A stretch of DNA of 64,000 nt from Blasia pusilla (Eukaryota). The notes under the pieces are model-generated. The model worked only from the letters and a program-made list of their open reading frames with translations. It did no database searches and was not told the DNA's origin. Position 1 is the stretch's first letter. Each line of letters opens with the position of its first letter. Position numbers and translations under genes: made by a program. The stretch lies in NCBI GenBank assembly GCA_050084515.1, contig CM114271.1, positions 15,748,001 to 15,812,000 of the forward strand. Direction: 5' to 3'. Shown piece by piece: positions 38,190-49,690 of this stretch.

Positions 38190-39040
38190 CTGACTATCCA
38201 CGTGAGACAGTTGAGGTCCATCGCATGCCCCAACACCTATCTCTGGGATGCCTCACTAATCCCTGACACCGCCGTAGTACCGGTAGCAAATCCCATGGCG
38301 GGCTTGCGCTCATCTGCTGTAGGCTCCTCCAATGCTCCGGTCACCTCATCCCAAATCATGCATGGCCCTCCTTGACGAAAGGCATGGGATGCTGGGAAGC
38401 TCACCAACGTAGGTAAGGCTGCCCTCAACTCCCCCACCCTATTGGCCATGGCCAACGGTGGTCTATCATCCCGTGTCACCACGTGAGATTGTCGCCTTGA
38501 GCCCAAAATAGCATCCACTATGAGATGTGGTGCTCTGTGGACTCCATCGTATGCTCGACTCAGTACCTCTGATGGTATCAGGTTCGTCCACCACAGTCGT
38601 GGATGATGGGCACGTGATCCAACTCTCGCCGCATCTAGCAACACAGTAGGTCCCAACCAGGATCTCACTTGATGCACACTCGTCATCACACGTGCACAAG
38701 TGTCTCCCAATAATGGCACGTTCTCTAAAATGTACGTTGGAGAACATGTCTGACTCTCCTGCAAGTGTCATACTACTCGCAGCATCTCCCAAAACATCCC
38801 TGACCTTGGATCCTGCAATCCAAATCCTTGGCCAGCTGATGAATGACCCTAACATGGCCATCCAGAAATCACCAAATGAATGGTGCCAACTCTATCCAGA
38901 TCCTACACCGCCACCAAAGAGATGTCGGCAGGTAGTGTATGCTGATATCCCCATACTGGAGATATCGGCAACAACTCAGGATACCTCTGGACCAATCTCG
39001 CCGGTGCTAATCCCTCCGAAGAGATCTAACACCCTAACAC
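38190..39040 (-). pseudogene. DNMT3-like C5 cytosine methyltransferase domain of copy C
   Basis: VRVLDLFGGISTG; IHLVISGWPC*GHSSAG..GLQDPRSGMFWE (GWPC at 38852-38863); YILENV; LDAARVGSRAHHPRLWWTN; ERKPAMGFATGTT..LGHAMD. About 100 bp covering motif II is deleted. Confidence 0.9.
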
Positions 39041-42000
39041 CCTCCTTTGGGCACTGCCACACAACGGGTGTGGTATCTAGTGGGGTCAACGTCTCCACTC
39101 CAAGAACCCGATCGCCACGTGACTCTCGCTGCTCCGGGATAAAGGCATGACTCCAGGCCTGCCTCACGAGGTTGTTGGCACTCCTCTGTAGCTCTCGAGT
39201 TGTACCCCACAATGGTGAAGAGGTATCGCCAATATGGGAATAGACACCCGCCATGGCCTGTCTCTCCGTGGGACTATCCGCTACTGGGACATCCTCCGCA
39301 TGTGTTTTCCCCTCCAACAACTCTCCAGGCTAGCTAACACTACCTGTGAAAGATGCCGACGTGGTCACAGACTCGCCTCGTGATCGACCATCTCGTCCCG
39401 TAAACTGCACAGGTAATTGACTCATCCGCCCGTCACCTGACCGCCATCCTAGCCGATAAGCAACGGTCTCCTCCCAAAAGTCAAGGATGAATCCTAGAGG
39501 ATATAACACTGTACTCCCCACCAACATATCGTACGACTCAGCTGGTGTCGTAATCGCACGTGTGCCCACCATAGCACTATCCGTCGCATGCTCCGGCTGG
39601 ACTCTAACAACTATCTCCTGTCAAGTCATATACTACGTGAGTGACACGCCCCCAATCGAGGTCTCTATCTGGAAGGGACAGGGCTCAATGTCGGCCTTTC
39701 GTAACCCCAACGCTAAACACGCCGCCTTCCCTAACATCAAGGGTTGCGCTCCCGAATCAAGTAGGACGCGATGCAGGTGGTATACTGTCCTCGTCGGACT
39801 AACCAAGCAAAATACTCCAGCTTGGTTATCCAGTAACACTACTCCAGGTGTCACCATTGCTCATTCTATGGCCGGTCGAGCTGGCATATCTACCAACTTA
39901 CCCGCCGCCGCATGCCATGACTCTGTGGGGAATGTCCCAAGCACCGACTCTGAGGGCAAGTCCACCACCTCCTCAACTACCTCTAAACAAGAAGCACTCA
40001 TCTCTCCATGCTCACACAATATGGCGGCCAACCGGAACACCTCAGTTGGTCCAACTCCCAACGTCGCCAACTCTATGGCGGAAAATAGTGGAGTCTGACT
40101 CACTCTGGTGGCCACCTCCAACACTATGGTCGACAGTGACTCCACTCGAGCCGCAATAGGAGTTGTCACTCCAACTCCTCATGACGTCGACGCACCTGCC
40201 TGAGCTATAGGCACCGTTGGTCGTCGAGGCACCATCAATGGTGTGTGTAGTTCCTCCGATAATGTGAATGATTGTGGAACCCTGGCCTGCCACCCATCGG
40301 TCCCCTCTGGTGGGTCAATCTCAACTCCACCTCTCCATGGCTCGGTGCCGCTTGCAGCACCCCGAGTCACCACTGCAGCTGCCTCAACCTGGGTTGCACT
40401 ACACTTAAACCCCATACTGGCAAGATCCTCACCCGGATCAGGGTAAGAGGTAGAAGGTGGAGGCACACTAGCTGCTCGCGGCTCCGTGCCTTCCCTAAGC
40501 TGCATCATCATCATCATGGCAGCAATCCTCTCCTCCAACTAATCGATGCGTGAGAGAAGTGCCGACTCTGGTGCTCCTGCTCCATCTCCTCTGCCAGGTG
40601 GTGGTCCTCTACCACCACGTCTAGCACGACCGCCCCCAGGCCCTCGGCCTACCCCTAGACGTGCCTCTCGGCGAAGGTCAAAACACCTATCCCTAGTGTG
40701 ACCATATCTGTGGCAATAGTCAACCTGGTGCTGTGGTGGGGCCATCCTCTGTGGATCTTGAGCAATCGGAGGCGCTCGTAGTCCTCTCCCATGCTGTGGG
40801 CAGTCTCTCTGCCTATGGGCCTCTCCACACGTCCAACAAGACCACATCGGTCCCTGTTGGGCAACATATGTAGGTACGGGTCGTTGCCTCATAGGCTCAC
40901 GGTACCCGCCCTGCTCTCTGGGCACACCAGCCCGCTCCCGTGGTACTGGTGCTCGTTGTGGCATGTGTGGGGTCACCCGCACTCGTGGACCCATCGACTC
41001 TCGAGAAAATCCAGCGGTCACTACTTGCTCCTCACTCATGTTGAGCTCAATATGCTCAGACAACTCAAAGACCACCTTCAATGTGGGCTTCGCAGCGTGA
41101 ATCAGTACCGCATCTCGGACTCTCCTCTGTAGTTCTCGATCTAGAACAGCCGTACCAATACTGGACTGACTGCGCCTCAGTCACTACATACGTAGCAATG
41201 ATCATCCTCCTTATCCGTGTGAATGCCTCTCTCAGACTCTCACCCGATCGTCGCTGAAAATCCTATAGACTCTTCATCTTGTCGGTGCGTACGGCCTGGT
41301 AGCTCTTCCCCAACTGTTGTAAGAACTCCACTGTGGGGCTAAAGCTGGGTGGCCCTCTACCACCAAAGGTCTCTGCCATATCGCTTGTCTCATTGCCCTC
41401 CTCTCCATCTAGCCCCTCCAGGCTGATGGTGTGGGTCTCTCTCCTCTCACAATCCCATCATATGCCTCGCGACTATTAGTGGACACATACCTTGGAGCCC
41501 AATACATCCTCCAGGCATCGATCTCTACTGAATATAGTGATCGAAACTCCATGTAGTCATCCATCGGAGGACCCTCTAAGTGCTAGAACAACCCCTTCCA
41601 TGCCATGAAAGGGTTGAATCGTGTCGAGGTCCGTATCTCCTGGAAAGTCGCACCACGTGTCAAACTCCTGGATAAAATCATCTAAGTTCGATGGTGCCCA
41701 CTGCACCCGAGAAATGACGCATGCCCCAATGGCCCATGTCGTCCATCTCCTGCCAAGTACTACTATCTCTGTCTGCGATCTCGTCACCAGACCCAGTGTC
41801 TAGTGATGACGATCCAACCACGGATGGATGTCGAGGTAGCTCCTCACTGGTAACCCCTCGGTATCTCACTCTACTCCGTGTCACACCACTACCACTGCTC
41901 GCACTACCCCGTTCTTCCGAACCCTGGAAGAACGCCGCGATGACAAACCTTGTCTCACCCGCTCAAGCACTCAGACTCACTGAGAGTCTCCCACACTCCT

Positions 42001-43284
42001 CACTAGCTCACCTATGCTAACATCAATCCCGTGATGACATACCCGGCCTCACGTACACTCAACACTCGGGCTCACCATGAGCCTCCTAAATGACTCACCT
42101 AACCTAGCGACACTCTCCTGTCATACATGCGACCCCTACGCGGAAACCGTTGTATAGCCACCAACATGCTACACATGAAAAGAGTCTACACTCGTCACCA
42201 TCACTACACCCACCTAGCACCAGCTACTACCCGATACCCAACACTCTCAATCACACACGACAAGTGCGGGAAAAGGGACTCGAATGGGTAACTTGATCAC
42301 GCCCTCCAACCTACTGCACCGTCAACACTCACTCCTCCATGTGGTACGGAAACCTCTGCAACACGACACTCTCCTCGACCAACACGTCGATCCTCCCGTC
42401 GGCAGATGCAAGCTACCCATCAACATCACCACGTGCATCTCTACCTCTCGCATTCCATCGCAACTCTTGGCGCAAATCACTCATCTTGACACATGTTGCC
42501 AAAGTAGTAGCAATTCAACCTCTGTCAATGACTTTCAAGCTAGCAAATCCCGCCATGAATCACACTCTCGTCTCTAAACCACCAAGTGCCCAAAATTTCT
42601 CCCATTACGTAACCCAAATCAACTACGTATCTCCCCCAACCACGTATAACTCTACCACGTTGGTCCTAACTACGCTCATCCAACTTACTACGTCGGCCCT
42701 CTCTCTTGCTCCCCGACGTCTCTCCATCTGCCAGATTTCCCATCTCCCGGCCTTCTCATCTGCCTATGGCTTACGGTCCCTGCTTCCTAGTTCTGACTGA
42801 GCGTTCCTTCCTCCGCGCCAGTCCCACTAACCCTAGGTACTCCTTTCCTCCCGCTTTCCCTGCACGCTGCCTTCTGTAGCTTCCCACTTACATCTTGACC
42901 CGTTTCCCTATGCAAGGATGTTGCCCTTACTCCCTTGATCCTTCCACCTACACGCATCCCTATGCGCGTGGGTGCCCCATGGGCGTGGCTTAACCGTCCT
43001 TGATAATCCTTCTCACTAACTCCCAGGTCCGACTTCTCCATCCACGTACCTTCTCTCCTCAAGCGCGCATCCCTATGGACGTGACCCCGCTCTTACCCCC
43101 TTTTGTCTTGGCTGGCAGCTCTTGGGCCCGCGTCTCCCTAGAGCATGCGCGTGGCTCCTTCTGACTCTCCCATCCGGAGCCATCCCCTGGAGACACGTGT
43201 CTCCAGGGGCTCCGGACCAAGGCAACTCGCTTGCCTATCTGCAAACAAGCAATTCCCACTAGCCCCCTAACATCATTCTCATGT

Positions 43285-43758
43285 AAAAATAAAGAGTAGT
43301 AAAAACGGCACACCCGGCCTAAAACTCCACTCTTCAATCTACATCGGCATATCAAACCTCGTCCACCCTATGCTATCAAGGAATCCGGACGCTAGCACCC
43401 TAGTCCTATCTCACACACATACAAGAGAGGTGCTCCAACGGCCCAACATGAGAAAGATGGCTTAGGAAAGCCATCTTCCTCTCTTATACAGGATTGGGAA
43501 GAGCCAAAAGCCTCTTCCCCCAAAAATAGCCCTCCCCTTGGTAACCTACGCGCACAGGTTACCAAGGGCGGGTGACCTGGTCAACAAGTCACCCGGCTGT
43601 GAAAGATCTCAACATGAAAGTTATCAGAAACGACGTGTCTGACACAATGGACCTATCTTCAACCTCATCCCACACTGTGGGACAAAGTTACACTCAAGAT
43701 AGTCCGATGGCTCCTACGCCCTATCCACGATAGACCTATCAGCTACTCAGATGTGACA
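43285..43758 (-). repeat. 5' terminal repeat A1 of copy C (~474 bp)
   Basis: Matches 34124-34603 and is not accompanied by a B repeat. Confidence 0.9.
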
Positions 43759-46700
43759 AAGTGGATCAAGCCCTTTCTTTAATCAATTGATTGAAAGGGG
43801 GAAGAGGAGCCTAAAAATGTTTGGTTTTTGTTGGAAAATTATTAGCTGGTTGGTTGAATAATGCAGCCTCCCATGAAGAAGATCATACACAAGAATATCA
43901 TTTACTAGGTTTAACTTTAAGATATAAGATAGGGTCTCTCCACAAAATAGGTGTAAGTAGGAACCATTTGAGACGAAGGACCTCTAATATGGGTCTAGGC
44001 CATAGAAGGGAAGAGACAAGATGAAAATGGTTGGAATAATATTTGAAGGGCGCAAAAATTGAAATGGCAAAAAGTAGGAAACCCATGGGATGATCTTGAC
44101 ATGTGCCACATAATTCTCTATTACTATTGCAAAGTGTCTCTTCTTTCAAACTCTTCTCTTCTTGGCATCCCGTGTCTCCTAAGCCAAAAAGATCACTCGC
44201 TCTCTCAACCAATAGGATCACTCAAGATCAATAAAAGAGGAGAGAGGTATGTTAAATCCTTAATCACATTTTTTCAAGGGCACCTAATACTAGTTACTAT
44301 TAGGATGATGTATTTCCATATGTTTCTACAACATATGATATGACATCTCATATTTCATTTTTAAAACACATTCGAGAATATTTATTCACGTAGTAACTCA
44401 TTTTCAATCAATAATATAAATTTTCCACAAAGTTGGGGTAAAAATTTTATGATGCTTCACGGCATCATAAAATTTTCAAATTTTAACACTAGAAAAGGAT
44501 TTAGCTCTCACATACCTTTTTGGGGTACACGTCCGATCACAAAATCCAATCGATCGCATGCATTGGTATTAGCCTATTGTAATTTAAATTTCAACTTGTG
44601 TAAGAGGTGTAAGTATAAACACGTAATTCCGAAAGCGAAGTTTCCGTTTAGTATTATTGTGTGGCGATCGTCGTGGGGTGGGTAGGATGTCATCGACTAC
44701 TTTCATGCATGGCTATGGCACACTCCGGGGGTCGCTGTAAATATCCTTAGCAGTTAGTTGCATAGCATATTAAGGTACGTACGTCTCCACATGCTACACA
44801 TCAAGTCATTCCACAAGAGATGGGAGAAATGGAACCCTCGAAATAGGTCAGGCCACGTGGTCCCCATCCAAGATTGCCGAAGGAAACGGTAAGCAAATGC
44901 TTGCAAACAAGGTTCTTGTGACTGCCTTCCTTCCAGAATTAGACAGGATTTAATTCATGAAAGAGAATTTATGTTCAGACAGAAAATGCTTGAAAAAGTC
45001 GTGAGCTGGATGCAGGAAACACAAATGTTCCTAAAATGTGTACATCTCAACGGTGTTGTTTAGCGATTAACGCGCATTCGACGAATTTATTTCGATTGAG
45101 GGACGGCGGAACTCGTGGAGTAACAAATCCCCTCTATCGGAAGAAACTCGTGGAGTTTGATTTGATTCGACTTTTCATGTATGAGAAATCTAGATCGTAA
45201 TCTTTCGGCCGAGCCTGACATTCTGCTTCAGGCGTTGCACGGATTCCACTACGACCACTTCAAGTTGGGACGGGTCCTTGGTCGAACTCAAGTGGAAGAT
45301 TAATTAACTGCAGTTCAAGTGCAAGCAAGCGGGTGGTGCAAGCACTAGGGTGGTCCTGAGATCCGCGTTCATTAGCCACTGAAAAGATCGAGATCTGCAG
45401 CGGGGGTGCGGGGCCAAGCATTTTAGGATCGAGATCAAGGAGTTGGAACTCGAGGACGCTGGAAAGCTGATCGATGACTTCCATGTGGTATGGGCACTGA
45501 GGGTGGAGGTGGAGGCAGTTAAGAGAGACGAAGACAACTGCTCCAGACCTTTCTCTCTCCAAATTAAGCTTTATTTGAGAGGCCGTGCGCGAGTGCAGGG
45601 ATCCAGGACCTGCCGATGCAGCAGGAAAGCGGCCTGCATGACGAGAGTTGGACTGCTGTAGGTCTAGAGCGGGCTACCTACACAGGCGACTGGCTGCATC
45701 AATCCACGCGTTGTAGTTCACCTTACTTTTGGATTCAGATTTCCCTGGTGATCCGTGCCCTACCAACATCACGTGGACACAGTGGCTCTCGTCTTCAGAC
45801 TCGGTTCAAGACTCGACTGTTGGCAGGTATGTGGCAAAGCAAGCACGAATTTGGCACAGGCACCAGTTCGCATGAGCTCAGCGCTGAATCGATACACTCC
45901 ACCAACCAAAGCTCATTGGCATGCTGCTTTATCCCAGTAGTCTGGAATAGCAAGACTTTCTCCGTGGGACAACTAGGACCGGTCATGAAGTGGATTCTCC
46001 TGCGAGTATCGTTCCATGCAGTTAGTTACTCCAAATCAAAAGTCCTTAATTAGCCTTCCAATCGACCGACATAGACCTACGCTAAGCCCCGTCCGCTCAG
46101 CTTTTATCACTAGGAATTAACTTTCAGGCTTCCCCCATAAGCCCCCATATGTTCTAAAATCAAGAACTTCCTCTCAAGATTGACATTTTCGGGACGTTAA
46201 GCGTCGGTAAGAACTCTTTGGACTCGTTAATTTCGTGGGCAGACCCAGTCCTTCAATGATTACAACGTACGTACAAACGTTAACTTATCCGGTTGCGTCC
46301 CATCCATGGCCCGAGAAATTTGTCGAGCTCTTGGCAAAATTAGTCTTCGAGATTTAGGAATGTGTTGAAGATTAAGATTGAAATCTTGAAGTGTGCAGCT
46401 CTCCAGGGATCGAGAACCAAAACACCCAAGTACCAGAACATACCACTCGATCCGAAATAACTAAGTTGATCTCACTGCGTAGACATCCATCCGAAGGTCA
46501 AGGACATATGTAGGCCTCGGGGTTCTTAATTTTTTAATCTACATTTCTAGATCTGTAGAGCTATTACTAAGAGGAAACGATCGCGGAAGAGGCGTTTTTG
46601 AGCGATGACGGAAATACGTTGGGCACGTGGGTTATCCACCATGGGAACTTCACAACTGATTCAGAACTCTTGGCAACGTTTCACGAAGGTATCTGTGCAT

Positions 46701-48109
46701 AAGAAAAACAAGCAGTTCAAACAAACTGCAAGAACGGGATCGGATTCCTTTTCTCACCGGTTTTTGTTGCGTATTTCTGGAATCCAAACGATCATGTCGC
46801 TAAGCTGGGTCTAAACTTCGCTAAACCAGCCTCTCCATGAATTCTGAATTTCACCGCTCGATCAAGACGCTACTGCTTCTTAGCGGCAAACTTTGTCGAT
46901 TTCGTCGTTTCAGAGGTCGATTTACAGAGAACATTTGGACTGATGTGTTATTCTTGACGACAGGGCTTTGTACAGTCGTGATAACGCCGACGGAAATCTC
47001 GATCGTTCCATATCAACTCGATGACCTGAAAACTACAGGTTAGACCTTTCGATGTCGAGAGACTCGAGACACAGACACCATCCTGGAGTCCTGGTCCCCT
47101 GGACATGAGCGATGATTCAATTTACCCGGGGATACGTGCGTGCGTTCCCGCTGGAATTGTAGGGTTGTGACCGTTGTCTGCCAGAACCATATCTAGAATC
47201 TTGACTCTTGAGACGTCTAAACTTCTAAGGCCTAGCTATGCTAGTTATCTTAGTTACTAGTAGCTAGATCGGAATCATCGGACACGGAGCATTTGGAATG
47301 TGCTCGTCGCCGCAGCTACCTAGGCCTACGGATCTGGCGGCGTCCGAGCAGACGAACTTCGGAATTGATGGAGCGATAACTCTCCATCAATTCCGAATCT
47401 CACCGAAGAGGCGTGAAAAGCGATAACTGGCGATCAGGTGTCGCCGAGTAGTGACCACTATCGCCATAACCACATGCACAGGATACGTCTCTCCCTCAGA
47501 TTTCCATGTCTGGTCCCGACAATTCATCGATTTTCCTTTCCTCGTTTACTTTGAGGACCTTCCGCGTTTCTGGGCTCGCGGAAACATGAACTCTGCCCAT
47601 CGAATCTCCTCTACTCGCCATAACTAATCTCCAGCCGTAAGGACCATATCAGCTCGACGCTAGCCGTCGGGCCGGCAAGCGGACTAACGCAGAAGTTGCT
47701 GTAGACGTGAAAGTTGCTGTAGACGTGAAAAGGACTAACGCAGAAGAGAGATGTACGGTATGTCTGCAGATCCAGCGGTCAGTTCGGAGTTTCTGGCTGA
47801 TATTTGCATGCGTTGGCATGCAAAATTATACTCTGGTTCGAAGTTGGAACCCGTTGCGGGCCGCTAATTCGTTGATAACCATGCAACATTCCAAAAGTAT
47901 TGAGTGAACCGGATAGGGCCAGTCGTTATGACCTGGGTAGTTACCGTGCAATCTAATGTCCGAAACTGGAAACGGAGCTCCGCTTTCATCGGCCCACCGG
48001 AATGAATTTATTTATTTTATCTTACGGTCGAGAATTTCTTGCAGAATGTCAGTGTATAGATGTCAGGACTGTATCGGGAAAAGAATGTTCATGCAAACGA
48101 CAGCTGTGG

Positions 48110-48300
48110 AGCAATGTCCGGGGATAACCGGGGTTACGCGCTGAGCTGGCCTGCAGAGATTTTAAATTACCGATTGAGTTTTTCAATTACTGGCCAACGG
48201 AATGCATGTACTCGACTAGAATCAGGAAAATTCTAAAATCTACCCTTCTCTTTTTTTACAGACCCGAAATATACGGGTTCTCACGAAAACTACCCGGCCT
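48110..48300 (+). repeat. ~190-bp diverged repeat, copy 1 (copy 2 at 62630-62845)
   Basis: caatgtccgggga.aaccggggttacg.g.tgagctggc ... gacc.gaaa..tac.ggtt.tcacgaaaa is present in both copies. Confidence 0.7.
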
Positions 48301-49399
48301 GCTGCTGGTATGGAGCGTCGGACCTGTCACTAGAGTTTGGAAGGCTGAGCAACAAACCCCAATCAATACTTTCCACGTGCTGGAATGTGTCCCACCGACT
48401 CCCACGTTCCAGCTGCTCAGTAACACGGGGCAGTGCCACTAAACTAATCTGGAATCCAAGGGGACACTTAGAGTTTTGGAAAGATTACATGTAAACGATA
48501 TATGTATATTAGTATGATACCCTTAATTAGCCTTTTAGTTTAATTATTTTTTAAATTTAAGAAGAAGCTTTCAAAAGATAGGTGTCAACTTGGGAGACTG
48601 TGTTTCTAACACCATCCTTTTAATAATATAGATTAGTATATGATGTTTCCATATCATATTTTAATAAGTTACCCGTGTTACTAAACAAGGGATATTATTT
48701 CTGTAACTTAGTTCTTTTATATTTTAATTTAAATATTTTTAAATTTAATTTTTCAAAATGATATATGTTAATGGAAAAAAAGAGGAGGGATTTCGGATCT
48801 TGTGAATTCAGCCTCTGTCAATAGATTAAGATTATAAGGAAGTGTTCTTTTTTGAATTTGTGAATACATGAATGTTTGAGCATGAGGTAGCAAGAATCTT
48901 ATGAAATGAAATTTTTTCAATGACTTAATTATATGCTGGTCACAATTGGATGGTGAAAATGAATAGAATTTCGAGAACTTAGAAATAGCCAATCTATTAT
49001 ACTATTCAACCTCTAATTACACACACTAGTGGATGCTTTTGCCATGCACTAGCTAATGACGAGACACATATCCTCTAAGGTGTTTGTTGTTGAGAGGCCT
49101 ATCTCTAATAATAACTTAAATTCAATGTCTAGTCTTGGGCCCTAGGTCATTGATATACTCATTGTTGTATTCTTCGACCAAACAATAGCTATGGTAAGGA
49201 GAGTAAATATTTTCTTCCCTTATAATTTCAGGTTGTGAAGGCAAGGCTTCAGGATAGGCTTAGTGGAGCATTTAGAATATTTTTAAGTAAAATAATAAAA
49301 AATAACTCATGGTATATGTATAATTTGGTCTCAAGAAGAAGTTTGAAGAACTAAAAATGTAAATAAGAAGAATTAAGATTTCTATTCTCATATTTATAT

Positions 49400-49690
49400 G
49401 CACGGCCCGCACGGCGGGTAGGGGGCAGGCATATCGGGTCATGTGGGGTCCTCTAGCCCGCCATGCAGGCCCTACGCAGCCTAAGCCCGTCCAATGGGGG
49501 CCAAGCCCACCTTGCGGACCTGGTTGCGGACCACTCAACGGGTGCGGGCTCCCTTAGCCCGGGTCTACGGACCAGCTTGGGTGCGGGCCGTGGGTACCCG
49601 AGCCCGCATGGACATGTCCGTCCATAGGACAGATATAAGTCCGTGGACATGGACATGTCCACGAACAAAAAAATTTCTGTGTGCAACCCT
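49400..49690. mobile_element. MITE-like element, partial (same family as 12541-12832)
   Basis: cgcatggacatgtccgtccataggaca and terminal tgtgcaaccctg. Confidence 0.65.

Larger units (their letters stand above)
34820..41945 (-). pseudogene. gag-pol polyprotein of copy C with stops and frameshifts
   Basis: Consecutive minus-strand ORF fragments from 41884 down to 34820 follow Gypsy domain order with extra DNMT and PHD domains. Confidence 0.9.
33986..43758 (-). mobile_element. Ty3/Gypsy retrotransposon copy C, full length, gag-PR-DNMT-RT-RNaseH-INT-PHD, split direct repeats, degenerate
   Basis: Termini TGTCACATC...GCGCACGACA flanked by AAGT/AAGT. Motifs: gag knuckles CWTCGEAHRQRDC and YCHRYGHTRDRC; protease VLLDSGAQPLM; DNMT motifs; RT RCYIDDILIF; RNase H; integrase HAHEKLGHFG..CIVC, WSLNFAGPL, TDQGTEF, GLAERVV; PHD. 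Confidence 0.95.

Noticed and set aside
33986-43758. Ngaro/DIRS tyrosine-recombinase element (suggested by split repeats)
   Set aside because: Aspartic protease and HHCC/DDE integrase motifs are present and I found no tyrosine recombinase motifs. A decayed one in the leader cannot be fully excluded by eye.
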